From assembly GCA_965222155.1 (NCBI GenBank), contig CBDCTH010000012.1:384001-448000 (forward strand): a stretch of 64,000 nt of DNA, given 5' to 3'. The stretch comes from Gammaproteobacteria bacterium (GTDB taxonomy: Bacteria; Pseudomonadota; Gammaproteobacteria; Eutrophobiales; Eutrophobiaceae). Each line of letters begins with the position of its first letter. Position 1 is the first letter of the stretch. The notes under the pieces are model-generated. The model searched no databases, was not told the DNA's origin, and was given only the letters and a program-made list of their open reading frames with translations. This document shows, piece by piece, positions 10,604 through 21,320 of this stretch. A program made the position numbers and the translations under genes.

Positions 10604-10928
10604 CGTCGTACGCCTTCGTTCGTTTTATGCACACATCAATTATTTGTTTTGGAGTCTTACCGGTTTTCTTCTGAAAGACCTCAAACAGTACAATCGCATC
10701 TGAATCAATTCGATACATAATTCTCCAAGTAAAATATTTATCATTGATTCTCAACTCGTGACAGCGTTTTCCAACATCCGGCATCGGTCGTGATTGTGGC
10801 ATACTCAGCTTGTCGCCACGCTGTAGCCGTCTGAGTAAGAATCCTGCCTCAACCCTGGCTTCGTCTGAAAACGGTGGTGTTTTAATCTCACCGTGTAGCC
10901 AAACCAAGGGTTTATGTTTATCATCCAT
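10590..10928 (-). CDS. RelE/ParE-family toxin (Gp49/HigB-like)
   Basis: SRPMPDVGKRCHELRI...FQKKTGKTP; toxin-first TA order. Confidence 0.8.
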   Translation of the reverse strand: MDDKHKPLVWLHGEIKTPPFSDEARVEAGFLLRRLQRGDKLSMPQSRPMPDVGKRCHELRINDKYFTWRIMYRIDSDAIVLFEVFQKKTGKTPKQIIDVCIKRTKAYDDETR

Positions 10929-11288
10929 TAAAAACCATAATATGTCAAATATGACATATATTCAAGCGTGAAGCTCCATATAATTGAAATGGCAAATAGC
11001 TGTACTCACGAAAAACAGATAAGTATCGATATAGACGTCCCTGTGTACGCGATCGGCTTCCACTAAAGCCGTCAGAGAGTGGTTATCAAGCGATTCAGAT
11101 GCAGGCATGGGAATATGATGCTATCGTTTCTCCCGAAATTATACACCAACAGGACCTGCCGGTAGCGGCCGGATACTTACCGGGTCAGCAATATCCGACC
11201 ATTAATGCGCAAGATTACCCCCTGTATGACATTGAGCAGGGGCAATTAAAATGCCCCTGATACGGGCTGTTTATGAGGAAAAATAAAC

Positions 11289-11482
11289 ATGACAGATCGA
11301 ATTACCATTGCTGAGTACCATCAAAGGATTGCAGCACTGGCGCCTGCCCTGCGGGAACGGGCCGGTGAGGCGGAAACGTTGTTGTACAGGATAAAAAAGT
11401 ACTCAGCATGGATGAAGCAGAGATCATTCACAAGGCACAGTTGCGCGCTGACGAATTGAGACGGTCCGCTCACCTCAACTGA
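11289..11482 (+). pseudogene. chimeric remnant: acyl-CoA dehydrogenase/flavin monooxygenase-like N-terminus joined out of frame to an amidohydrolase-like C-terminus
   Basis: MTDRITIAEYHQRIAALAPALRERAGEAET, then in another frame LYRDKKVLSMDEAEIIHKAQLRADELRRSAHLN*. Confidence 0.4.
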
Positions 11483-11522
11483 CAGGCGCTCCGGCTAAAT
11501 CGAGGTCAATACAGAAGACAGA

Positions 11523-11548
11523 GGGGGACAGATTTAAATCTGTCCCCC
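11523..11548. repeat. REP-like palindrome
   Basis: gggggacagatttaaatctgtccccc. Confidence 0.85.
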
Positions 11549-11776
11549 AAGTTCCAAGGGGCATGTTTCCCTACACCTGGAGAAAGCTGAAACCGTTGCC
11601 ATCCACGCCTACGTCATCAAACGCGCCCACGACCCGGAATATATTCCGGAAAGAAAGACATCGGTATTGGCATACTGATATGCAAGGAATTAACATGGAT
11701 ATACAGGATATACAGGATTATGGATTCCTGCTTGCGCGGGAATGGATGTCCCCGTTCGTCATTTCCGAAATGCAAT

Positions 11777-11952
11777 GGGGACGGACTTCAAGTCCGTCCC
11801 CGGTAAGCCCCCCGTCCGTCCCCGGTAAGCCCCCCGTCCGTCCCCGGTAAGCCCCCCGTCCGTCCCCGGTAAGCCCCCCGTCCGTCCCCGGTAAGCCCCC
11901 CGTCCGTCCCCGGTAAGCCCCCCGTCCGTCCCCGGTAAGCCCCCCGTCCGTC
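11777..11952. repeat. REP-like palindrome followed by a 22-bp tandem repeat, about 7.3 copies of gtccgtccccggtaagcccccc
   Basis: ggtaag occurs at 11802, 11824, 11846, 11868, 11890, 11912, 11934; no spacers. Confidence 0.95.
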
Positions 11953-11976
11953 ATTCCTGCGGATGCAGGAATCCAG
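11950..11976. repeat. second palindromic repeat family (GTCATTCC...GGAATCCAG type)
   Basis: gtcattcctgcggatgcaggaatccag; related copies near 11721, 14648, 36232, 36786. Confidence 0.7.
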
Positions 11977-12081
11977 TAAACAAACAGTCACCTCAGGTGA
12001 CACATTTGTTTCCGTCACCCGGCTTAGTACGTGCCAGGAAGGCAAGCCCATTCCTGTTCATCTTGTACATCCATGTCAATG

Positions 12082-14516
12082 TTAAAAATTATAGCGCAGG
12101 CTTCCCCCGAACCAGCGCGGCTTGATGTAAGCCACCTCATTACACCCGCACAAGGTGGCCAGGTCGAACTTGATGGTTTCGTTCCTGGCATTGGCGATGT
12201 TATTGATGAAAAAGGTGAGGCTCCACTTGCCGCCGTCAGCCATATAGGAAATATTGGCGTTGCCCTCTATGGAATCGTCGATCCCGTTTGCCTCGTAGTT
12301 GTTTACGTTGGTGTAAAAGCTTGACCGGTAGTTGGCATCCATCTGTACTGCCATGGTCCCGTTAACCAGCGGCCACTCATACCACGCCAGGCCGCTCCAG
12401 GTGAAATCCGGCGAATAGGTGGGTTCGCGATCACCCACGATACCACCTGGGAATACAACGTCCTTGACCGTGAAGTCGAAAGCGCCCAGACCCATGATCA
12501 GGTCGAAGCCATCAAACGGCGTAACCGCGATATCTATCTCGCCTCCCACGTTGGTCGCTTCCTGGTTGGTCACCACGCTGGATACACCTACAAAGGAAAA
12601 GTTGTGGTAACCGTCATAGTCATAATAATAGACCGCGCCGGATACCCTTGCCCTGCCGTCCATCAGGACGGCCTTGAAACCACCTTCAAAAGCCAGGAGT
12701 TTCTCCTCATCATAGCCTATGTCATCAGCGGGCAAGGGCGGACCCGTAAGCGGAAGCGGCGCCTGGAACGAACCGGCTTTTACGCCCCGGTTGACACTGG
12801 CATATAACAACAGGTCCTCGCTGGGTTTCCAGTTCAGTTGCACCTTGCCGGCCCATAAGGTGTTGCTGGTATCTTCTACGTAGGCCGCGCCGCTCGGGTC
12901 CTCGGCACTGGTGGGAAAAAAGAATGTAGGTTGATCGAGATCATGGCGTAATAAATCATCACTGATGCTCGCCAGTGCATGCAGGTTGAATTCCTTCTCT
13001 TCCTGGATCACCCGCGCCCCGATAATGAAGGTCAAATCGCTGGTCAGGTCATATTCGAGCTGCCCGAAAACCGAATAGGAATCCGTCTCCAGGGTTTCGT
13101 CGTTCGGGGCGTCATAAGGCAGGTCGTCGGGTACGCCGAAGAATGCTCCGAAGGGAATAAAGAGTGAACCCGGAGGGATCAAGAAGCCGGCGGTAAAATC
13201 CGTATTTATATTGAGATAGTATAAACCCGCTACCCATCTCGTACGCTCGGTTTCACCATTCAGTCTTATTTCCTGGCTGAATTGCCACTGGTCGGTGATC
13301 TGCTCATAGATCAACTGGTTTGTCGGGCCGGCATCAACGTCGGTAGTCTGGATACGATCAAACTTTTTATAGTCGCTGATGGCGGTCAGGGTCATGTCGT
13401 TATCCAGCTCCCAGGTCAGCTTGCCGTTGAAACCGTAAAACTCGAACACCGCCTGATCGTCATAGGCCCAGTCCTTGGACACGTCCAGCCCGTCACCGTC
13501 GGGGTCAACGAAACCGAAGAAATCACCGCCGGGCACTGGCCGTGTTTGGGTGGTGGGCAGGCAGCCTCCGTCGACGTTGGCGCCGCTGGGGCCGATGACC
13601 GTGCGCGTCTCGTCGGGCGCGGCGATCAATGTCTCCACTATCCGTCCCTGATCATCGCATACCGCAATGGTGGAAATTTCCTGGTAGGGGTTTTCCCCCT
13701 GCTCCACGCGGTAGCCATGTCCCATCAGGTCAACGGTAACGTTTTCGCCCGGGTCCCAGCGGAGTTTGACACGGTCGGCAATGTTATCGTCATTCCAGTG
13801 ATCTTTACCCCCGCCGGGAGGCGCCGCGCCTACGGCAGGGGCAGAAAGGGGACCGGTGTCTGGATAGATATTGTTGTAGATACCGTCGTGCCGGTTGTAA
13901 TACAGCGCAGCCCGGGCCGACACCCCGTTTCCCAGCGGGCCGCTGACCGCGCCCTGGAAATTCACCTGGTCATAGCTGCCGTAGGTCACGTCGGCATAGC
14001 CTTCGAATTCATCGGTGGGGGCGCGGGAAATATAATGCACCAGGCCGGCCGTCGCGTTACGACCGAAAAGCATGCCCTGGGGTCCTTTCAGAATTTCGAC
14101 CCGTTCGATATCAAACAGGGAAAAAATTCCCGCGCCGATGTTGGCGACGTAGCCCTCATCCAGGTAAATGGCCGTCGTCCCCTCGGCAATTTCATTGAAT
14201 TCGTTCAGGGAGGCGCCACGAATGACAAACTGCTGGTTCTGTGGCCGCCGCCTCCGGCGGAAACGTCGACAGAAGCCGCTAAAGCCGCGACTTTGGTGGA
14301 ATCCGTGTAACCAAGCTGGTCGATCTGGTCGCCGGTAAAGGCGGTAATCGAAATACCGACGTCGTAGACGGACTATTCACGTTTCTGCGCCGTCACAACC
14401 ACTTCTTCCAGTAAGGCAGCCAACACAGCCGACGTCGGCAGCGCAAACGAGAATGTCAGGATGAGACAGAAGAACGGATGGATTCGGTTGAAAATGCCGG
14501 AGTTCACCAGGTGCAT
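12082..14516 (-). pseudogene. TonB-dependent receptor, disrupted
   Basis: Signal peptide plus LEEVVVTAQKRE, then in-frame TAG at 14373-14375 and a frameshift near 14240; barrel intact in 12082..14073, ending YNF. Confidence 0.85.
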
Positions 14517-14706
14517 GATTGTTTCCCCCTTATTGTGAGACAGGATAACTACCAAGGTGGTATAGCACAATCATCCGCATTCTGCCGGATAAAAACGCCC
14601 GGAAATCCAGTGAAACAAAGGGTCGCCGGGGCGACACAGTATTATACTGGATACCGGGTCAGGCCCGGTATGACGATGGAGTGGCTAGCGACAAACGAGG
14701 GAAATA

Positions 14707-16089
14707 TCAGCCAAGGTTCTTCTGCAGGTAACCTGCCGCAGCCAGCGCAACGTCTTCCCGGTAAGGCTGCGCGGCCAGTTGCACTCCCAGCGGCAATCCA
14801 TCCTGGACGCCGGCAGGGGCGACGGCAACAGGCGTTCCCGCCAGGGCAAAGGTATGGACGTAATTGAAAGCCCGGTAAAGAAAATACTCGTCCTGCGGGA
14901 TCCCGAAAGGCGTTTCCATGTGGCGTGGCGCTGGCCCGGTAGTCACCGGCGCTATGACCAGGTCATAGTCATTCATGAATTGACGCATGCGCGCCCGGAA
15001 GGCAAAGAAGCGCCCCTGCAAATCGAAAAAGTTCGGCAGGCTCATGGACTCGCCAAATCCCTCAAGCAAGGTTTTGAACTGTATATGGTGGCGAGCGTTG
15101 GCACCGTCGAGGTCTTTCAGCGTGCGTACGCCGCCATCTGCCCCCGCCATGGAGAAGAATATAGCAGTTGCAGCGCTGACGTCAGGAAGCTCAGCCGCAC
15201 TGACCCGGCAGCCGGCCTGTTCCATCGCCTTAACCGCGGTGGCCAGTGCTTTTTCGGTTTCCGGGCTGACTTTGGCGACGCCGTCATAGTCATAAAATCC
15301 CACCCGCAACTCGCTGATTGTTACGCTGTCAGGCGATAGCAGCGGGGCCAACGGCGCGTAGGGGTCTATCCAGTCAGGCCCTGAAATGACGGATAAAATC
15401 AATGCCAGGTCCTCGGCATAGCGCGCCATCGGCCCGACGCACATCAAGTCGCGGTAGCCCGTATCCCGAGTCACTGGCCAGGTGCCCGTATCCGGCACGC
15501 GGCCTGTCGTCGGCCTGATACCGTAGATGCCGCAATAGTGGCTGGGCACACGGATGGAGCCGCCGCCATCCAGGCCGATACCGACAAGCGAGGCATCGGC
15601 GCCAAGCAAGGCGCCCTCTCCACCGGAAGACCCACCGGCTGTGCGCTGCGTGTCAAACGGGTTGTTGGTGCAGCCGAAGATAGCGTTATCAGTCTCGTAG
15701 GAAGAGGAATATTCAGGCACATTGGTCTTCGCGACCACGATAGCGCCGGCCGCGCGCAAGCGCGCAACTACGGTCGAATCCTTCTCCGGCCGGAAATTCT
15801 CCCGCGCAAACGAGCCGCCGGTACAGGGAAAACCCACGGCATCGATGGAGTCTTTCACGGTAATCGGCAGGCCCAGCAACGGCAGGTCGGCTCCCTGACG
15901 GCGCTGTGAATCTGCGGCCTGTGCCTGTTTGATACAGGTCTCCGGGTCATCTGCGACGACGGCATTCAACTCCTTATTTGCCCCATTGATCCGCGCAATA
16001 GTCTGATTGACCAACTCTACCGATGATATCTCACCTTTCTTCAGTCGGCCAAGCCATTCCGTCGCGGAAGGTTCGGTGATATTTTTCAT
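14707..16089 (-). CDS. amidase signature family enzyme
   Basis: GLPITVKD, GGSSGGEG, GLDGGGSIRVP. Confidence 0.92.
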   Translation of the reverse strand: MKNITEPSATEWLGRLKKGEISSVELVNQTIARINGANKELNAVVADDPETCIKQAQAADSQRRQGADLPLLGLPITVKDSIDAVGFPCTGGSFARENFRPEKDSTVVARLRAAGAIVVAKTNVPEYSSSYETDNAIFGCTNNPFDTQRTAGGSSGGEGALLGADASLVGIGLDGGGSIRVPSHYCGIYGIRPTTGRVPDTGTWPVTRDTGYRDLMCVGPMARYAEDLALILSVISGPDWIDPYAPLAPLLSPDSVTISELRVGFYDYDGVAKVSPETEKALATAVKAMEQAGCRVSAAELPDVSAATAIFFSMAGADGGVRTLKDLDGANARHHIQFKTLLEGFGESMSLPNFFDLQGRFFAFRARMRQFMNDYDLVIAPVTTGPAPRHMETPFGIPQDEYFLYRAFNYVHTFALAGTPVAVAPAGVQDGLPLGVQLAAQPYREDVALAAAGYLQKNLG

Positions 16090-16135
16090 GCCACAACAAG
16101 CGCCGATATGGTTGATGATAAGCGGGAATACCGGG

Positions 16136-17302
16136 TCACAGGTGTTTCTTACCCAAGCTGATTGCCGTCAAGTGCCACACCAGTGACAGGGCCAGGAACA
16201 AGCCGCAGATTATGTATAGCAGGGAGAAACCGCCTGCCAGCATATTCGCGGCAAGGGCCGGACCCAGTCCCGAACCCAGACCGGCAACGGCATTCAGCAA
16301 CAGCATCGGCCTGCCGTCCCGGTCAAATGCCGCCAGCAAAGCGAACTGGTAGGGAACATACATGTACCAGCCAAAGCAAAACAACACGGTTGCGATGCTG
16401 AAGAGCAGGTAGTTGAAACCCTGGGACAGCAGCAACAGCCCGATCAACTGGATTGTCAGGCCCACGGATAGCGGCAGGATTCGTCCCATTTTGATGTTTA
16501 ACGCGGCGGCAACATACGCGCCCAGTAACCCCCCGAACAGACCCGTGCTGACCGCGTTGCCGGTTTGCTGCTTGGTAAACCCCGCATCAATGCCAATTGG
16601 CGCAATATAGGTCCAGAAAGCGCCTATGGCTGTGAAGAAGAAGATGAGCCCCATCATAACCAGCGCACACATAAACCAGTGAAACCTGTCATTGCCTTGT
16701 CCCTGAGAGGCGCTTTTCCAGCGTACGACAGGCATGAAACGGGATACGAGAACAATAGCCAGCAGCTCCAGCAGGCACAGAATCAGAAAAATTCCATCCA
16801 GCCCCGCCATGTCCAGCACCGACGGAAAGCTAAAACTGGCGATAATCGCAAAGCCCACCTGTGTGGCCATGAAGGAGCCAAAATTCCTGTCCGTATTGGT
16901 GGTCAGTCCCAAGCCGTAAGCAGCGAAGGAAACACACACCCCGCCAGCAAAACCCGAAATGAAACGCAGGACCAACAACTGCGTTATATTCCCGGTGAGC
17001 GTACAGGCAAAATCGCTGATTAACAGCAACGCCAGCCCAAAGCGCGCCAGGTTCCTCCAATCAAGGAACTTCAACAATATGACACTGGCAATGGAGCCAA
17101 GACCGAGCCCCAGCAACTGGAATGAGGATAGCTGTCCTATTTGACGTTCAGAGAACCCCAGTTCGGAGACAAACCCGAGGATAAGTGAAGGCAGTGCCTG
17201 GAACGAAGCAATCCCCAACAAGCCGGTGATGATCAGCGTGACCAGAAATCGGCTGGAATCCAGTTCCTGACGTAACTCCGATGATAGTGAATTGGTTTGC
17301 AC
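16136..17302 (-). CDS. MFS transporter
   Basis: 388 aa, about 12 TM segments. Confidence 0.82.
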   Translation of the reverse strand: MQTNSLSSELRQELDSSRFLVTLIITGLLGIASFQALPSLILGFVSELGFSERQIGQLSSFQLLGLGLGSIASVILLKFLDWRNLARFGLALLLISDFACTLTGNITQLLVLRFISGFAGGVCVSFAAYGLGLTTNTDRNFGSFMATQVGFAIIASFSFPSVLDMAGLDGIFLILCLLELLAIVLVSRFMPVVRWKSASQGQGNDRFHWFMCALVMMGLIFFFTAIGAFWTYIAPIGIDAGFTKQQTGNAVSTGLFGGLLGAYVAAALNIKMGRILPLSVGLTIQLIGLLLLSQGFNYLLFSIATVLFCFGWYMYVPYQFALLAAFDRDGRPMLLLNAVAGLGSGLGPALAANMLAGGFSLLYIICGLFLALSLVWHLTAISLGKKHL

Positions 17303-17399
17303 GATTGCTCCTCAAGGTGTTTTGAGTATTATGTCACTATGCTGGAAAATATCACTTCGTTTTTCCGGTAATCCATGTCAAGCAGCTATTACCTCGTTA

Positions 17400-18548
17400 T
17401 CACAATTTCAACAGTTCGCAGAATTGTGTTACAGGGATAACCCGGGCTTTCAACTCTGCCCTCTCATAGTGTTTGACCCCGGCATGTACCTGATAATAAA
17501 AAGGAATATCTGTACGCTGCGAGAAATAAGCTATATTCCTGCTCAGGTTCCGCTCCCCTGTCTTGCACTCAACCGCAAATAACGGCTTATTATTTTCAAT
17601 CACGACAAAGTCCAGTTCTCTTCCGTTTGCGTCCCTGACAAACCTCAGTTCCATTTCATCACCCTCGGTATCTTCCCGGAAATGGCAATATTTCAACAAA
17701 TGAGACGCCACCATGTTTTCAAAACGCGCGCGCTCATCACTGCAAAGAGACCAGTCCCAGAGATACAGCTTCCGTTCTTTTTTCATGGCCCGCAACCGAG
17801 GCAGCCCATAAGGAGAAATCCTGAAACAATAATACAGGTTTTCCAGGATCGTGACCCAACGGTCCACGGTTTCGTAAGCGACCGACAGTTCCTGCTTCAG
17901 TTTGTTAAGCGAAAGGATGGAAGACACCTTGTCCGGCAACATACGGGCAAGTAAATCCAGTTGCGATACCTCTTTTACATTTTCAAGGTTGATCAAATCC
18001 TCCTGGATAACGCGGCTTTGCCGCTCCCGCTGCCACCTTTTCCAGTGCCGGGTATTCTGTTTCAAAAACGGCTCGGGGAAACCGCCATAGTGCATCAGGG
18101 CAGAGAAATCAGACCGGGTCGGTTTGTTATTCAATTCATATAATGAAAGAGGGTGCAGGCGGCAGTAGTGATAGCGTCCCTGCAACGAATCGCCCCCTCT
18201 CCGATAATGATCCAGACGCGCAGAGCCGGTGATCAGGAAGCGCTTTGTGGATTTGAACTTATCGTAAAAACCCTTAACCAGGTTACGCCAGTGTCTGTAT
18301 TTATGTATCTCGTCAAGGATAATCAGGGATTGATCTGCCGGCAAACCACCGTCCAGCAGCATCCGCTGCGTTTCATACAAATCCCAGTTAAGGTACGCAG
18401 GGTGAGATTCGTCAGCGCCTGTGATCAGGCCGAGCGCAAGCGTCGTCTTACCCACCTGCCTGGGCCCACCCAAAAAGACCATTTTCTCCGCCAGGTCCTC
18501 ATTAATACAGGCCGTCAGGTAGCGGTTCAGGAGCAAGATTTCTGACAT
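17400..18548 (-). CDS. AAA_14 ATPase with DUF4143 / PD-(D/E)XK-like C-terminus
   Basis: Walker A GPRQVGKTT, Walker B IILDEIH, LITGSA, C-terminal ELDFVV...AVECK. Confidence 0.85.
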   Translation of the reverse strand: MSEILLLNRYLTACINEDLAEKMVFLGGPRQVGKTTLALGLITGADESHPAYLNWDLYETQRMLLDGGLPADQSLIILDEIHKYRHWRNLVKGFYDKFKSTKRFLITGSARLDHYRRGGDSLQGRYHYCRLHPLSLYELNNKPTRSDFSALMHYGGFPEPFLKQNTRHWKRWQRERQSRVIQEDLINLENVKEVSQLDLLARMLPDKVSSILSLNKLKQELSVAYETVDRWVTILENLYYCFRISPYGLPRLRAMKKERKLYLWDWSLCSDERARFENMVASHLLKYCHFREDTEGDEMELRFVRDANGRELDFVVIENNKPLFAVECKTGERNLSRNIAYFSQRTDIPFYYQVHAGVKHYERAELKARVIPVTQFCELLKL

Positions 18549-19027
18549 ATCATTTTTTGTAAATTTTAGAGTATACTCTATAATAAACGTGATAATTTCA
18601 GAGTCAACCCTAAATTTTACCTGTAGCCCGGATTTCTCAAGAGTTTATCGAGCAGACTCCTTCATAATCCCATCATCAGAAAATGTATGACATACTACGA
18701 TTTACCTACAGCGAATTATTAACATACTTCTGTCTAACCCGCATTTCTCACCAGTTCGCTTGTTGTCATCGGCTAGTTGTTTGCTGTCAATACGTTATGA
18801 TAATCTGCTCACTATATCAACATAACAGACTGCGCTTGATGCGCCCTCGCTTGTCTTTTTGCCGCCAGCGGGCACGTGCTCCCTCAACCAGAGCTACGGC
18901 TATGCTTTCGGTCGCAGGCACCCGCCGCCGGCAAAAATCCGGCGCGATCATCGCATTAACTGGTGAGAAATGCGGGCTAAGAGCAATTTTCATCAAATTT
19001 TAACCCTGAACGCCCAACACAAACACC

Positions 19028-19849
19028 ATGAAACCGGAAGACTATCCCCCTCAGGAACCCGTACCCGAATTTGCCAGGGAGTACAACAAATACCTCCTGC
19101 AAAGGGCGGCAGAACTTGGCGGCGCTGAAGACAATTATGGCCCGGACCCCTACCAGAGCGTTCTCTATTTCCCTGCCCCGGCGCCTGACGGTAACGTGTT
19201 CATCATGATCCACGGCGGCGGCTGGGTCGGTGGCTACAAGGAATGGATGGCGTTCATGGCGCCGCTGTTCAACCAGGCCGGCATCGGCTTCGTCAGCAGC
19301 GGTTACCGGCTGGCCCCGACCCACGTCTTCCCGTCCGGACTGGATGACTGCATGAGTGGGCTGAGATGGGTTTACAACAACGTCGACAAGCTGTCCGGCG
19401 ATCCGGCCCGCCTGTTCATCTCCGGCCACTCCGCCGGCGGCCACCAGACCAGCCTCATGGCCGTGCGCAAGGACTGGCAGGAAGACTACGGGCTGCCCGT
19501 GGATGTCGTACGCGGCTGCCTGCCCGTCTCCGGCGTATTCGACTTCCGTGAAGGCTCAGGCCTGTCCATGCGCCCCCGCTTCCTGGGCCCAACCGGCAAC
19601 GAGGAAGCCGCCAGTCCCATCTGTAATATCCAGGGCACGCCGCCCCCGTTCTTCCTGTCCTGGGGCAGCAAGGATTTCCCTCACTTGATTACCCAGGCGC
19701 AGAAGATGGAACAGGCGCTACGTGAGGCGGGTGGGGAGACCACCAGCCTGGAACTGGAGGGTTGTGACCATCTGCAGGCCAATCTGGTATGCGGCGACTC
19801 GGACGGACCCTGGGCGGGCAGGGTGATTGAGTGGATCAAGGAGCATTGA
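19028..19849 (+). CDS. alpha/beta hydrolase (HSL / arylformamidase-like)
   Basis: HGGGW oxyanion motif, GHSAG nucleophile elbow. Confidence 0.88.
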   Translation: MKPEDYPPQEPVPEFAREYNKYLLQRAAELGGAEDNYGPDPYQSVLYFPAPAPDGNVFIMIHGGGWVGGYKEWMAFMAPLFNQAGIGFVSSGYRLAPTHVFPSGLDDCMSGLRWVYNNVDKLSGDPARLFISGHSAGGHQTSLMAVRKDWQEDYGLPVDVVRGCLPVSGVFDFREGSGLSMRPRFLGPTGNEEAASPICNIQGTPPPFFLSWGSKDFPHLITQAQKMEQALREAGGETTSLELEGCDHLQANLVCGDSDGPWAGRVIEWIKEH

Positions 19850-19902
19850 TACGCAGCATTTTCCAATCCCGGGGCTAACGTCCCCTCTCCCCTGGAGGGA
19901 GA

Positions 19903-20310
19903 TCAGTCCACCCAATCCTCGAATGATAGACCCTTTATCCGGTTAAATTCTTTAGTGTTGTGGGTGACGAGTATTGCATCTTCTGCAAGGGCATGACAGG
20001 CAATCCACAAATCGTTCGCGCCAACAGGCATGCCAGTTTCCTTCAGGTAGGTAAAATGAGCGGCATATTGTTCACATAAAGTACGATTAACGTGATAAAT
20101 CACGGGAACCTGCCTGACTAATTGACCCAGTTGGCGCAATACCCTGTCTTTGCGCGTACTGCGCTCTGCGCCCTTAAGCATTTCCGCATAGGTAAAAAAA
20201 GACATGCATAGCTGGGCATCCTCTCCCAGCTTGTTGAAGCGTTGCGCTACTGACACAGGCTTGTTCTTGAGCAGGTAAATCAGGATATTCGTATCCAGCA
20301 TATACCTCAT
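19903..20310 (-). CDS. vapC: VapC PIN-domain toxin
   Basis: YMLDTNILIY...GANDLWIACHAL...LVTHNTKEF. Confidence 0.92.
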   Translation of the reverse strand: MRYMLDTNILIYLLKNKPVSVAQRFNKLGEDAQLCMSFFTYAEMLKGAERSTRKDRVLRQLGQLVRQVPVIYHVNRTLCEQYAAHFTYLKETGMPVGANDLWIACHALAEDAILVTHNTKEFNRIKGLSFEDWVD

Positions 20311-20561
20311 AAGTCTTCCCTTTCCTGTACTGTAGGCTGGGTCCGATAATTTTCTTCGAGAATGTCAATAAAATCATTATCGAACGCTGACAATGCATCA
20401 AGGAGCGCAGTGCCGCGATTTTCAGGTATTGCATGGATCACAAGGTCGCCATCTTTATTCCGGGTAATTTCTACCTGAGAAGTATTCAATCTGAATTCCT
20501 GCGGAATACGTACTGCCTGGCTGTTGCCGTTCATGAATACCCGGCTGTTCAATGTAGTCAT
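20307..20561 (-). CDS. vapB: VapB antitoxin (AbrB/MazE fold)
   Basis: SRVFMNGNSQAVRIPQEFR; 4-bp overlap with vapC. Confidence 0.92.
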   Translation of the reverse strand: MTTLNSRVFMNGNSQAVRIPQEFRLNTSQVEITRNKDGDLVIHAIPENRGTALLDALSAFDNDFIDILEENYRTQPTVQEREDL

Positions 20562-21320
20562 CTAAATCTCCTGTGTGTACATATCTGTGTGTATTCTAGG
20601 CTGGAAACGATCAAAACACAAGTAGCTCGTTCAGTGTTTTGTCTGAAAAGAGCAATAGAGTGGATCAGGGACATTGACAACTGCCCGAATAAACGATAAA
20701 CACAAAAAAAGAGTTACACAATTTCCCGGTTGAAAGAACGGTTTGCCCGCCAACCCCTGTGGGAACGATAACCGTATACAGAAATGCAAATTCAAATCAA
20801 CGATAAAACCCTGGAACTCGCCGAAGGCGATATCACCGAACTCCACACCGACGCCATCGTCAATGCGGCAAATGCCTCGCTCATATTAGGCGCGGGCGTG
20901 GCGGGCGCCATTCGCGCCAAAGGCGGTCCCGCCATCCAACAGGAATGCGAAGAAATCGGTGGCTGTCCGGTCGGCGGCGCGGTAATCACGGGTGGCGGCA
21001 ACCTCAAGGCGCGGCACGTCATCCACGCCGTCGGCCCGCGCAAGGGAGAAGGGGACGAGGAGGAAAAACTCAGGAACGCCACACTGAGCAGCCTGAAAGT
21101 CGCAGACGAAAACGGCCTGAAAAGCATCGGGTTCCCGGCTATCAGCACCGGCGTTTTCGGGTTTCCGATAGAACGCTGCGCGGAGATCATGCTTTCCGGT
21201 GCGATTGATTACCTGCATGCGTATTTCACTGAATCCTGCCACCCGTTTCACGTGAAGGCTGCCACCCGGAACGCAGCAAAGCTGCCACCCCCAGGCGCGT
21301 GATGACGTGGGTGTTGGTCA

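Noticed and set aside
11792-11952. CRISPR array
   Set aside because: The units are head-to-tail with no unique spacers, and no cas genes are present.
11563-12051. ORFs 11563..11850, 11718..11954 and 11788..12051
   Set aside because: They are translations of the tandem repeat and palindromes, with no protein-like features.
13282-14310. 342-aa plus-strand ORF, and similar long antisense ORFs such as 41751..42617, 33337..34089 and 46264..46947
   Set aside because: These are shadow ORFs opposite well-supported genes and show no motifs.
18855-18937. Imperfect long hairpin (tttttgccg...cggcaaaaa) as an ncRNA
   Set aside because: It is a single copy in the window and matches no RNA family I recognise; it may be a repeat remnant.
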